DNA of 46,581 bases from Deltaproteobacteria bacterium (GCA_002683315.1 NYTD01000284.1:1-46581); one strand, 5' to 3'; counted from the first letter of the stretch, positions 8,607-18,027 are shown. Notes: generated by a model from the sequence alone, not told the origin. Numbers and translations: made by a program.

Positions 8607-9370
8607 CCACTCCGTACTGCTTCAACCAAAATACGAACCTGCATCAATGCCTGCATACAATAATCCAGTACAGTAGTAAACAAAGAAGGAAGCAACAATG
8701 TAAAAAGAACCATTCCCCCTATTAAAGAAACCAAAAAACCTACACTGAAAAAAACATTCATATTTGGGGCTAGCCGCGAAAGCATCGCCAAAAAGAAATT
8801 GTTTAGAAATACAAATGCGATAATCGGCCCAGAAATTCGAATACTTATATCAACCAAAACAGATGAAAAATCAACCCAAACAGCCATTCCTGCAAAAAGA
8901 TTTCCCATATTACCAGGGGGTATTTGATCAAAAGACTCAGCAAGAAGATAAATCATTTGCAAATGAATATCTGCACCCAAAAAAACAGCAATAGCAAGAA
9001 GAACTGAAAATGTTCCTATTGGTCCTTGTGATGTTGACATAGACGGATTGAATTGCTTGGCCGCTGCTTGACCAATCTGTGTAGAAATAAGCTCTGTACC
9101 CATCGATAAACCTGCAAAGATTAGGTTCACCAACCACCCCATCATAAACCCAAGTAAAAACTCCTGAATGGAGTGAAGTGTGAGTACAACAAGCCCAGGT
9201 TGAAAAGGATTCATCGCGATGGTTGGAACCAAAATTGTAGTCATAGCTATAATCATGATCACACGAACCATATTGGGCATGGTTCTCATACTCAATCCAG
9301 GCATCGCAATAATGAGACCTGAAATTCTCCCCAAAACCATGGCGCCAATATATAGATGAGTCAAGAACAT
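8603..9370 (-). CDS. fliR: Flagellar export apparatus protein FliR
   Basis: 255-aa polytopic membrane protein between fliQ and flhB, with a 4-nt overlap with flhB. Typical FliR length and hydrophobicity. Confidence 0.88.
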   Translation of the reverse strand: MFLTHLYIGAMVLGRISGLIIAMPGLSMRTMPNMVRVIMIIAMTTILVPTIAMNPFQPGLVVLTLHSIQEFLLGFMMGWLVNLIFAGLSMGTELISTQIGQAAAKQFNPSMSTSQGPIGTFSVLLAIAVFLGADIHLQMIYLLAESFDQIPPGNMGNLFAGMAVWVDFSSVLVDISIRISGPIIAFVFLNNFFLAMLSRLAPNMNVFFSVGFLVSLIGGMVLFTLLLPSLFTTVLDYCMQALMQVRILVEAVRSG

Positions 9371-9376
9371 TGGAAT

Positions 9377-9646
9377 TTACTTTGTTACTTGCTCAATCGA
9401 TGTAAAACATAATGTCCCATATGCGACCATTTGCTCAAGCATCCATGATCCCAATATAGCCATCACCAAAAATACAGCAATAATCTTAGGTACAAAAACA
9501 ACTGTCATCTCTTGAACTTGTGTGACAGCCTGCAATAAGCTGATAATAATCCCCACAACCAAGGCTGCCATAAGTACAGGACCACAGATCATACCAATTG
9601 TAAGCATCGCATTTTGTCCCAAGTATACCGCTTCACCAATATCCAT
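9377..9646 (-). CDS. fliQ: Flagellar export apparatus protein FliQ
   Basis: 89 aa, two TM helices, position between fliP and fliR. Confidence 0.9.
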   Translation of the reverse strand: MDIGEAVYLGQNAMLTIGMICGPVLMAALVVGIIISLLQAVTQVQEMTVVFVPKIIAVFLVMAILGSWMLEQMVAYGTLCFTSIEQVTK

Positions 9647-9647
9647 A

Positions 9648-10412
9648 TCAAATCCCGTAGAAACTTGCAGCCATCATACTGATCAACAATGACCACCCAT
9701 CCATCAATACGAAAAGCAAAATTTTGAGTGGAAGAGATAATACAACAGGAGGAAGTACCATCATACCCATACCCAGTAAAATATTGGCCACAACAACATC
9801 AATCACCAAGAAAGGTAAATAAATCTTAACACCAATAATAAACGCCGTCTTTAACTCAGATAAAATAAAAGCACTAACTACAGAAGCATGACCTATTTCT
9901 GAGATAGTCTCTGGAGGAGGACCTTCTTGTAAACTAAGAATTAATTTTAGATCTTCTTGACGCGTATTCGATATCATAAAATCGCGCATCGGCGCCATAA
10001 ATGCTTCCAATGCTGGAAGTACTTCCATATCACCATTCAGAAAAGGCGTAATTGCTGTATCATATACTTCATTAAGTGTAGGCTGCATGAGCATCATGGA
10101 CAAAAATAATGATAAACCAACCAACACTTGATTGGGAGGAGATTGCTGAAGCCCGACAGCTTGACGCAACATCGACAAGACAATAATAAATCTCGTAAAT
10201 GGTGTCATACCCAAAACCAATGCGGGCAAAAATGATAGCGCTGTAAGAATAACCAAAATGCGAACAGTAGAAGAAATAGGAACATCTCGCAATTCTTCAG
10301 CCATTTGAACGGCAACATCTCCCGCATCTTGCGCCAATACAGGAAGAGACCAAAACAGTCCCATCAACATAAACACAGTAAACGGTAGAATTCTACTTAC
10401 GTAATACTTCAT
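9648..10412 (-). CDS. fliP: Flagellar export apparatus protein FliP
   Basis: 254 aa, cleavable signal peptide (..SLPVLAQDAG), FliP-like conserved stretches (LTALSFLPALVLGMTPFTRFIIVLSMLRQAVG; FIIGVKIYLPFLVIDVVVANILLGMGMMVLPP). Confidence 0.95.
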   Translation of the reverse strand: MKYYVSRILPFTVFMLMGLFWSLPVLAQDAGDVAVQMAEELRDVPISSTVRILVILTALSFLPALVLGMTPFTRFIIVLSMLRQAVGLQQSPPNQVLVGLSLFLSMMLMQPTLNEVYDTAITPFLNGDMEVLPALEAFMAPMRDFMISNTRQEDLKLILSLQEGPPPETISEIGHASVVSAFILSELKTAFIIGVKIYLPFLVIDVVVANILLGMGMMVLPPVVLSLPLKILLFVLMDGWSLLISMMAASFYGI

Positions 10413-11139
10413 GAAATCCTTCCGCCCAACGATCTCGCTTTTCTAAAGAATCCTTACGATCATCTGATGTTTTCGTTTTGGTTTCACGCATACGTAAAAT
10501 TTGCTCAACCAAAGCTTCTTTTTCCTCTTCTTCTTCAGAATCCTCCATCACCGGAGTTACTGTACCTTTTATCTCTTTTGGCAAAACCTCTTCGAACTTA
10601 GAAACTTGATTTTGACGAACTTGTGGATTACCAAGTTCTGGAAAAGGTAAAGGTGCACTCAAATCTGCAAGAAATTGTGGAGATCCTTTACTATGCATTC
10701 CGAGTAGAAAAACACGAGGATTGTCTTCTGCATCTTTTACTTCAACGACAGTTATCGAACCTTCATGACCAAAAAATGATCGAGAATGAACTTTGATACT
10801 ACCGATAGTCTTTTTCTGTTTACCGATAAACAAACGTAACGCCCCCAATAAGAGCGCTGCGAAAAGGACCCCCCACCACCAAGGGGCACTGAGTTCTGGA
10901 AAAGCTTGTGGACGTATTTTTTGCAGTTCTGGTTTGGCGTGCTCTTCTATCTGAGCCTCAAGTCCTGCCGGCAAATCAACAGATGGTTGTGGAGCCTTTG
11001 TTTGTAAAGGAAGAGAGATGTCCTCTTCTTTATCTTCATTGCCTTCATCACGATCCAACAAATAATGGATCACTTTTTGATCTGCAATGGGTACCTCTGC
11101 AGGTTCTTCAGCCCACAATAGTCCCACAAAAAAGATCAT
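10393..11139 (-). CDS. fliO: FliO-like protein, about twice the usual length, with acidic extensions
   Basis: Occupies the fliO/fliZ slot between fliN and fliP (ATGA overlap with fliN, 20-nt overlap with fliP). Single central TM (WWWGVLFAALLLGALRLFIG), followed by a FliO-like beta segment (ITVVEVKDAEDNPRVFLLGMHSKGSPQFL). Confidence 0.55.
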   Translation of the reverse strand: MIFFVGLLWAEEPAEVPIADQKVIHYLLDRDEGNEDKEEDISLPLQTKAPQPSVDLPAGLEAQIEEHAKPELQKIRPQAFPELSAPWWWGVLFAALLLGALRLFIGKQKKTIGSIKVHSRSFFGHEGSITVVEVKDAEDNPRVFLLGMHSKGSPQFLADLSAPLPFPELGNPQVRQNQVSKFEEVLPKEIKGTVTPVMEDSEEEEEKEALVEQILRMRETKTKTSDDRKDSLEKRDRWAEGFHEVLRK

Positions 11140-11408
11140 TCATTTCCTCTTCCAGGCATTTCTGTAATTCGTAAACCAACTTTACCTTCAACCATTACCA
11201 GTTCACCACGAGCGAGAAGCTTATCCCCAACTCGAACATCCAAAAGTGCATCAACAGGCTGATCAAGATTAATTACCTCGCCCTGTTTTAAAGAAGCGAC
11301 TTCTCGTATCAGCATTGTTTTTCTTCCTAATTCAACAACAACTTCGACAGGAATACCGAGCAAGAAGTTTTCAGAGTCACTTTTGGGAGTATTTGATTGA
11401 CCAGACAT
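11136..11408 (-). CDS. fliN: Flagellar motor switch protein FliN (SpoA domain only)
   Basis: 90 aa; IPVEVVVELGRKTMLIREVASLKQGEVINLDQPVDALLDVRVGDKLLARGELVMVEGKVGLRITE matches the FliN/SpoA C-terminal domain. Confidence 0.93.
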   Translation of the reverse strand: MSGQSNTPKSDSENFLLGIPVEVVVELGRKTMLIREVASLKQGEVINLDQPVDALLDVRVGDKLLARGELVMVEGKVGLRITEMPGRGNE

Positions 11409-11480
11409 GAATCTACCTTTGTATCTACTTTCAAAGCCTTATATAATGCATCACACGTATTTAGGCCACTACTAAGATGT

Positions 11481-12362
11481 TTATGAATTATCATCAACAG
11501 ATTTTTCTATTCGAACAGCACGAAATCCTGAGACTTCCCCAAACTCTCCGTAGAATTTCACTTGATTATTAACACGCAACGAAACCTCTAGAGACTCGGA
11601 TAGAGGAATAAAATCCCCGATCATCATATTTCGTAATTCCGCATAGGAAATCGTAAAACTATCTAATTGAGCAACAATATCTACAGGCAATTGAAAAACC
11701 CTTGTATTTTTAAACTCATCTTCTTCACTTTCAGTACCTGAAGAATTTCTATTCGCCTTTAATCCAAAGACCATCTCAAAAAGATTAACAGGCAAAATAA
11801 TTGATAACAAACCATATGGCTGAGCCAACGGTCCAACATCAATCATAGCTACAAAAACATCAGTACCTCGCTCTTGTGGAGCCCAATTGGGTTCTGTAAT
11901 CGATGGTTCTGTTGTATGAAACTCTATTTTTTTGGTTCCTGGTAAAAAACTTTTCAAATCGTTACATATCTCTTTGGTTAACCGCTGAATAAACATTCGT
12001 GTGCAGTGAGGCAAAGTCCGAGATTGTATCTGAGGATCGTAAATTTCTCCTTTGGCCCCATAGCCCTTATCCATCAAACGAGAAATAAGACCATATTGCA
12101 ACATGATACAACCACTATCATGAAGACTTGGAGATGAAACAATAGAGTATACTACACCATCACGAAACTCGGGGTTTTGTAGCGTATCCTGTAGTGTTGT
12201 TGAATCAACTGCAGCCACACGAACAGGAATATCTGATGCTGAGCGATTAACCTGCCGAGAACGAAGTCGCTCTGCTACTTGTAAAAAAAACCGTTCAACA
12301 TAAGGAAGAATATCTTCGCTTTTCTTATTCCTATGACGACCAGAGGCAATCTCTGAAATCAT
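11481..12362 (-). CDS. fliM: Flagellar motor switch protein FliM, N-terminally short (no CheY-binding peptide)
   Basis: 293 aa in the fliL-fliM-fliN slot, with a C-terminal SpoA-like segment (LPVDIVAQLDSFTISYAELRNMMIGDFIPL). The start is fixed by SD AAGGAGAG (12366-12373), which overlaps the fliL stop. Confidence 0.8.
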   Translation of the reverse strand: MISEIASGRHRNKKSEDILPYVERFFLQVAERLRSRQVNRSASDIPVRVAAVDSTTLQDTLQNPEFRDGVVYSIVSSPSLHDSGCIMLQYGLISRLMDKGYGAKGEIYDPQIQSRTLPHCTRMFIQRLTKEICNDLKSFLPGTKKIEFHTTEPSITEPNWAPQERGTDVFVAMIDVGPLAQPYGLLSIILPVNLFEMVFGLKANRNSSGTESEEDEFKNTRVFQLPVDIVAQLDSFTISYAELRNMMIGDFIPLSESLEVSLRVNNQVKFYGEFGEVSGFRAVRIEKSVDDNS

Positions 12363-12371
12363 ATTCTCTCC

Positions 12372-12881
12372 TTACTGTACATCAAATTTGGTAAAGTACA
12401 ATGCATTGATCACAAAGTTTGACTCTTTGGTTTTATACTTTTTGTTTATATTGCCTAAGATAACTTCCAAAACATCTTCTTTCTTACTTCGCCCTTCAAG
12501 ATCACCTTTTTCGTAACTGGACATATGCATAATTAACTCATGTTGAATCTTTGGAAGACTTCGTATAAGGGCATCTTTGGATTTTTTCTCTTTTGGGATC
12601 TCAGCAACAAGACGAAAGACGAGTTTCGATCCACCGTCCAAAGTTACACTATCATCAAAAATCTGCTCTATCTCCACCTGAGGAGCTTTGGGGTTATCCA
12701 TAGCTTCTGACTTTTCTGCTGTTTCTACTGTGTCTGTAGAAGATGGTTGTGCCGACGAATCAAAGACACCCATAGCAAATAAGACACCTCCTCCCAATAG
12801 AAGAGTCACTAAGGCAGTTCCAATAATAATAAGTATTACGTTTGGTCCCTTTTCTTCTGTCTCATCTTTTTCATCGGCCAT
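12372..12881 (-). CDS. fliL: Flagellar basal-body-associated protein FliL
   Basis: Single N-terminal TM (VILIIIGTALVTLLLGGGVLFAMG), periplasmic FliL-like C-domain, position after motB. ATG 12881 is preferred because GGAGG lies 6 nt upstream; track start 12905 lacks an SD. Confidence 0.8.
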   Translation of the reverse strand: MADEKDETEEKGPNVILIIIGTALVTLLLGGGVLFAMGVFDSSAQPSSTDTVETAEKSEAMDNPKAPQVEIEQIFDDSVTLDGGSKLVFRLVAEIPKEKKSKDALIRSLPKIQHELIMHMSSYEKGDLEGRSKKEDVLEVILGNINKKYKTKESNFVINALYFTKFDVQ

Positions 12882-13647
12882 ATTTGCCTCCAGAATTCTC
12901 TTCAAGTTTTTTTATTGCGTTCATTGCATCAATACTCTCACCACGTATAACAATTTCTACGCGTCGATTCAACTCATTTGCGCCTGAAGATACAGATGCT
13001 GGTGTAAACTCCCCCATCGCTCTCGCTGTGACTCTATCTCCTTGTATAAATTGCTCTCCTTCATTCTCAAGATCTCGATAACTTCGAAGCTTATTGACTA
13101 CAGCAACTGCTCTATCTCCACTTATTTCCCAATTTTTTTCTTCGTCTGTTCCATCTGAATCGGCATGACCCTCAACAACAATATTTACATTACGCCCTCT
13201 GAGCTCCGTGGCTATCTCACGTAGAATATCAAAGTACGCAGGATCTATTTTCGCCGAACCTGGAGCAAACATACCATTTTGACCAAAAATCAACCGGATT
13301 TCGGTTTTCTTATTGGTCATTTTTATCATATGCTTTGCATTTTGTGCTGCAATGACATCTCGCAGCTGGGCGATCAAAGAATGGGAAGATTCTTTCGAAG
13401 CCTCTTTAAAATCACTATTTTTAGATGACTTTGCGTGAACATGTTCTGTACGATGCTGTCCACCAGAACTAAAGGCTGCTTGCATAGAATTTAATGCGGC
13501 ATCAACTTTCCCTGGATCAAGAAAGTTTGCCATGGATAATTCCATAACAAAGAAACAAAGGAGAAGAGTTACCATATCTGAGTAGGTGACCATCCATAAT
13601 GGTGCACCTTCTTCACACTCTTCACACTTGCAATCCCCTTCAGCCAT
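12871..13647 (-). CDS. motB: Flagellar stator protein MotB
   Basis: WMVTYSDMVTLLLCFFV plug/TM region with the conserved Asp; C-terminal OmpA-like domain (VEGHADSDG..NWEISGDRA..NRRVEIVI). TAATG overlap with motA. Confidence 0.93.
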   Translation of the reverse strand: MAEGDCKCEECEEGAPLWMVTYSDMVTLLLCFFVMELSMANFLDPGKVDAALNSMQAAFSSGGQHRTEHVHAKSSKNSDFKEASKESSHSLIAQLRDVIAAQNAKHMIKMTNKKTEIRLIFGQNGMFAPGSAKIDPAYFDILREIATELRGRNVNIVVEGHADSDGTDEEKNWEISGDRAVAVVNKLRSYRDLENEGEQFIQGDRVTARAMGEFTPASVSSGANELNRRVEIVIRGESIDAMNAIKKLEENSGGKYGR

Positions 13648-14426
13648 TATCCACCCTCTTTGTTGACACGAGCAGTTGGTGCAAGACGCGCATTAAGCTT
13701 ATTCATAATAATTTGAACACTATCACGTGCCAGAATAGAGAGAATCCCTCTCGCTATAAGTTGCTTCTCTGCGACTTCTTCTTTGCTTCTGGATTCAAGC
13801 TTTTTAGCCATAGGAATCGCATAACAGTTTGCAATCATCGAACCATATAGCGTAGTGATAAGGGCAATTGACATAGAAGGACCAATGGCTGTTGGGTCAC
13901 TCATATCTTTGAGCATCTTTACCAAACCAATCAATGTTCCAATCATACCAAACGCTGGAGCCAACATTCCCAATGTATGATACATGTCTGCTCCCTCTTT
14001 ATGACGCTCTTCTACCTTGTCGATCTCCGTCATCAATACTTCTTCAATCATTTTAGGGTCTCGACCGTCTAAAACGTTTTGCAAACCATTACGAAAAAAA
14101 GGATCTTCCAGATTGGGAATAAAATCTTCTAATGATAGCGTTCCTTGTCTTCGAGCTCGACGCGCCATATCTTGCAATAACTCCATCAAACGTTGAGGAT
14201 CTCTTTTGGTGTATGTCATTGCGTTACGGGTAACAGCAACAAAGTTTTTCATCTGATCCACAGGAAAACACACCACCATAGCAGTAATTGTACCACCAAG
14301 TACAATCCCCAAAGATGGTATGTCGATGAATGAGTTAATGTCTGAGACACTATTACTCATAATCGACATACAAATGGCCGCAAAACATAAAATAAGACCA
14401 AGTATCGTTCCTAGATCCATGAACAC
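13647..14426 (-). CDS. motA: Flagellar stator protein MotA
   Basis: 259 aa, MotA/TolQ/ExbB channel signature (APAFGMIGTLIGLV; ALITTLYGSMIANCYAIPMA). Confidence 0.93.
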   Translation of the reverse strand: MFMDLGTILGLILCFAAICMSIMSNSVSDINSFIDIPSLGIVLGGTITAMVVCFPVDQMKNFVAVTRNAMTYTKRDPQRLMELLQDMARRARRQGTLSLEDFIPNLEDPFFRNGLQNVLDGRDPKMIEEVLMTEIDKVEERHKEGADMYHTLGMLAPAFGMIGTLIGLVKMLKDMSDPTAIGPSMSIALITTLYGSMIANCYAIPMAKKLESRSKEEVAEKQLIARGILSILARDSVQIIMNKLNARLAPTARVNKEGG

Positions 14427-14470
14427 CTCCGTTTTGTCCTCTTCACGAAACGGAAGAGTATGGCAAAATG

Positions 14471-14493
14471 ATTAGATCAAAGTTTGATCTAAT
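14471..14493. repeat. Perfect 23-bp palindrome in the flgE-motA spacer
   Basis: attagatcaaa-g-tttgatctaat: the two 11-nt arms are exact reverse complements. A second hairpin (ctcttc-N8-gaagag, about 14437-14456) lies between it and the motA SD. Confidence 0.85.
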
Positions 14494-14507
14494 CCTCTGG
14501 ATTCATT

Positions 14508-15839
14508 TTATACGAGGTTAACGAGTTCCCGAAGGAGTTCGTTTGTCGCACTCAAAACTCTAGAGTTTGCTTGATAACTTCTTTGTGCTGTAATCATACT
14601 GACAAATTCATCTTCGATGTCCACATTAGAAGCTTCCAATGAAGAGCCGAAGATGTCACCACGACCACCTTGATTAGCTACACCGAATGATGGCTCTCCA
14701 GGAATACGAGTCGCACGGTAAACATTACCACCAACACGCTCGAGGCCATTCGTTGAATCAAAAATTGCTACTGTAACTTGTCCGACAACAATATCTTGAC
14801 CATTATCATATACACCACGAACGGTTCCATCTGTTTGGATCTGGATACTTGTCAAGTGACCAACACTATATCCATCTTGATCAATACTTGTCACAGTGGA
14901 TGAAGAAGCAAGCTGGCTCAAGTCACCATCGACAGCATTACCAGATGAATCCAAGCCCAGTAGGAAATTGAAATCCATATCATCTGCACCTTCAAAGTTC
15001 CAAGGACTGATTGCTGATGTATTTGTCTGTGCAAAGTTGGTCAAAGATCCATCTGTATCAAACGTCAAATCAATGGAAGCAACTTTAAATGCTGATCCTT
15101 CCGTGAGAGTTGTACCAGAACTCTGATCGTATACATCACCACCATCTGTTACGACATATGCAGTCCAAGTATTAATCCCTGTTTTTTCGTATGCCATTGT
15201 AAACTCATGACGATCACCAAGCGTATCATACACAACAACAGAAGAGGAAAAATCTGCCGCTGCTGTAACTTCAGCTATTGTCTCTGTGGAGCCATTCAAA
15301 GACATACTTGCAACAGGAGTTGTTGAGTAATCAGCATCAGCATCCAAATTGGCTGTCATTGTAATGTTCTCTGTTGATTTTGAGCTAATATCTCCCAACT
15401 TTACTCGGATATCTCCAAGAGAAGGCTGGATTGCTCCATCAATTGCAGTATACCCCTGAAGACGCATAGCACCGGGACTAACGACATATCCATCATTATC
15501 GAGATAAAACTCTCCGTTTCGGGTATAGTAGTTCGCTCCATCTTCCGCAACAGAGAAAAATCCGTTCCCACTAATCGCAAGATGAAGATTGTTATTGCTA
15601 ATTTGGATCGCACCTTGAGAAAACTCGCTGGTTGTCTTTCCAATATATGCACCAGTACCAATTGAAATTGGACCATGAACATAACTTACATCTACAGGAA
15701 AAGAGTCAGCAAAACTTGCATGACCTCTCTTGAAACCGATGGTATTAACATTTGCGATATTATCACCGATCACACTCATCGCTGTACTGGCGACCAAAAG
15801 ACCAGAACTGGAGGTTCTTAGGTTACTGAAAAGGGACAT
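14508..15839 (-). CDS. flgE: Flagellar hook protein FlgE
   Basis: N-terminal SGLLVASTAMSVIGDNIANVNTIGFK and C-terminal ITAQRSYQANSRVLSATNELLRELVNL rod/hook family motifs; 443 aa. Confidence 0.95.
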   Translation of the reverse strand: MSLFSNLRTSSSGLLVASTAMSVIGDNIANVNTIGFKRGHASFADSFPVDVSYVHGPISIGTGAYIGKTTSEFSQGAIQISNNNLHLAISGNGFFSVAEDGANYYTRNGEFYLDNDGYVVSPGAMRLQGYTAIDGAIQPSLGDIRVKLGDISSKSTENITMTANLDADADYSTTPVASMSLNGSTETIAEVTAAADFSSSVVVYDTLGDRHEFTMAYEKTGINTWTAYVVTDGGDVYDQSSGTTLTEGSAFKVASIDLTFDTDGSLTNFAQTNTSAISPWNFEGADDMDFNFLLGLDSSGNAVDGDLSQLASSSTVTSIDQDGYSVGHLTSIQIQTDGTVRGVYDNGQDIVVGQVTVAIFDSTNGLERVGGNVYRATRIPGEPSFGVANQGGRGDIFGSSLEASNVDIEDEFVSMITAQRSYQANSRVLSATNELLRELVNLV

Positions 15840-15877
15840 TTTATTCTCCTATGTAAGATTAATTTAGATTAGCGTAT

Positions 15878-16555
15878 CTACTCTGCACTTTCAACACGTA
15901 AAATAAGGCTAAGATCAAATTCAAGATCATTTATGCTTGGCATTGGAACACCATCGGTGAAAGACATACCATCTATTGTTCCGACCATTAGTTCGGTAAT
16001 TGCTATGCTTTCGCCATCTGGACTTTGACCATCAAGGACAAATCGATAGGTTCCTTCAGGAGCAAAAACTCCGTTAACATCTTTACCATCCCACTCAACA
16101 AAACCTTCACCTTGTTTGAGCGCACCAACTGAACCTGCATAGACAACAGAACCATCTTGATCATAAATGGTAATATTCGATGTGGATGTCGCTGCTTCTG
16201 CATCATAATGCAACTTGACACTTCCTTCACCATCATAATTAAATGTGTCTCCAACATATACCACATCCTTACCCAAAAGCTGGGTCATAGATGTGTTATT
16301 CACAGAATTCATGGCCATATAAAGAGCATCAAAATTATCGTTAAGATTCAGGAGTTGCTCTACTTGTGTAAATTGAGATAGCTGAGCAATAAATTCTTCA
16401 TTCGATTGAGGATTCAAAGGATCTTGATTTTCCATTTGTGCTACCAGAAGCTTCAAAAAAGCATCTTTACCAAGATTTGTCTTATCTCCCGGTTGAACAA
16501 ACTCTGGACCTTCTGTTTCCTGTAAAAAGGAAACACCATCAAGTGAAACTGACAT
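15878..16555 (-). CDS. flgD: Flagellar hook capping/assembly protein FlgD
   Basis: LGKDAFLKLLVAQMENQDPLNP motif plus a C-terminal Ig-like FlgD domain (..EWDGKDVNGVFAPEGTYRF..). Confidence 0.93.
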   Translation of the reverse strand: MSVSLDGVSFLQETEGPEFVQPGDKTNLGKDAFLKLLVAQMENQDPLNPQSNEEFIAQLSQFTQVEQLLNLNDNFDALYMAMNSVNNTSMTQLLGKDVVYVGDTFNYDGEGSVKLHYDAEAATSTSNITIYDQDGSVVYAGSVGALKQGEGFVEWDGKDVNGVFAPEGTYRFVLDGQSPDGESIAITELMVGTIDGMSFTDGVPMPSINDLEFDLSLILRVESAE

Positions 16556-16563
16556 ATTTTCTC

Positions 16564-18027
16564 CTAAACGCGCTTATCTACTATGTAATCAGAATTTATC
16601 GTTTCAACATCTTCTGTTTCAATGTCGTCAAATCCAATATCATCCATACCACCAAAACCAGTATGATCTTCTTCTTCGTCTTGACTACGCAGCTCATATG
16701 AACCAAGTTGTAAGCCTAGATCTTGCAATGATTCTTGAACATCTTGTCCAAGATAATGTAAATCACTCATCGCCTCTGATGGAACAACTGCTCGAACATG
16801 CACCATAGCTTCTTTTTGAGCAATCTCAAGTTGAATGATACCCGCAGGATCCTTCACCTGAATCTCTAACTTTTGCAGAATCTTTGTATGAAATTCTGGC
16901 TCAAAATCTTCTGCTAACTCTTTTGCTTCTTTTAAAAGTTTTGCAAAACTCTGCTCTAGTTTTCGCTTTGGCATTTTCAATTCTTCTTTTGTAGAATTTT
17001 TTTCCAATAAAGAACTAGCTTGCGTTCCTTCTGAACGCATTACACCAGAGACAGATCTCGTTGATTTTTCTGTTCCTAAAACACCACCAGATTGGACCCC
17101 AGAAGGATTCAGAGGTTCTTTTTGGATTTGCATCTCTTCTGGAATATGAAGAGACTCATCTTGTCCTTTTGAAAACTTCGGGGTCACTATTTCTTTTTCT
17201 ACATATCGAACAAAGCGAACTTTTGGATCTTCCTCTATTTCTACTTCCTTCGATAAAGAGGTATCTGTAGCAAAGACTTCCAACTGACGTGGGGCCTGCT
17301 TCGAATCTTCTAGATTCTTCGAAAAGTCTTGAGAAGGAGTTTTTCGCTTTACATTTTTTACAGTAGGCACAAAATTCGGAAGCGCTGGAATAGCTTCTGC
17401 TGCCTGCACTGGAACCTGCTCAGGATTTGACTTGACTATGCCTTCATTCAAAGGAGAGACCACAACTTTTGGCAAAATTTGCGTTATAACTTCAGGTACA
17501 TCTTCTATGAATGGTACTTCTATCTTAATCGGCATCTCTGCTTTGGGCACTGGAGTATATTGAGGCAAAGGCTGTGACTCTTCAATATCTGCAACAGGAA
17601 CTTGTGTCTCTTGTGGAACCAACACTGCAGAAGTAATCTGGTCTTCTACCGAGATTGATGCAAGAGTTGGAACTGGAGTACTCAAGACGTTTGTTGGAAC
17701 CAGAGCAGGAGCGATCAAAGCTTCCACATCTTCACTCTCTTCAAGAATCACTGCATGGTTCTCTATTGGCTCTTCAGCCCCCTTTACGATATCTTGCGAA
17801 ACATCTTCTTCCAACGTTTTCTGAACTTGTATTGGATTCTCTGAAGGTTGAATCACTTCTTCTTGAAATGGAACAACAAAAGCATCGTTGTCTGTTTGAT
17901 TCATCGCTTCATTTTGTGTTAGAACATCCATCATAGACGCAAATCCTCCATTTTGGATCGATGTGCGCTGAGATTTTTGATCCATCCCTTGCTGAGGGAT
18001 TGGATATGAATATGTATCGATAGACAT
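16564..18027 (-). CDS. fliK: Hook-length control protein FliK-like
   Basis: 487 aa. P/E/V/Q-rich low-complexity body and a C-terminal Flg_hook-like segment (LEIQVKDPAGIIQLEIAQKEAMVHVRAVVPSEAM..LQDLGLQLGSYELRS); position upstream of flgD. Confidence 0.72.
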   Translation of the reverse strand: MSIDTYSYPIPQQGMDQKSQRTSIQNGGFASMMDVLTQNEAMNQTDNDAFVVPFQEEVIQPSENPIQVQKTLEEDVSQDIVKGAEEPIENHAVILEESEDVEALIAPALVPTNVLSTPVPTLASISVEDQITSAVLVPQETQVPVADIEESQPLPQYTPVPKAEMPIKIEVPFIEDVPEVITQILPKVVVSPLNEGIVKSNPEQVPVQAAEAIPALPNFVPTVKNVKRKTPSQDFSKNLEDSKQAPRQLEVFATDTSLSKEVEIEEDPKVRFVRYVEKEIVTPKFSKGQDESLHIPEEMQIQKEPLNPSGVQSGGVLGTEKSTRSVSGVMRSEGTQASSLLEKNSTKEELKMPKRKLEQSFAKLLKEAKELAEDFEPEFHTKILQKLEIQVKDPAGIIQLEIAQKEAMVHVRAVVPSEAMSDLHYLGQDVQESLQDLGLQLGSYELRSQDEEEDHTGFGGMDDIGFDDIETEDVETINSDYIVDKRV

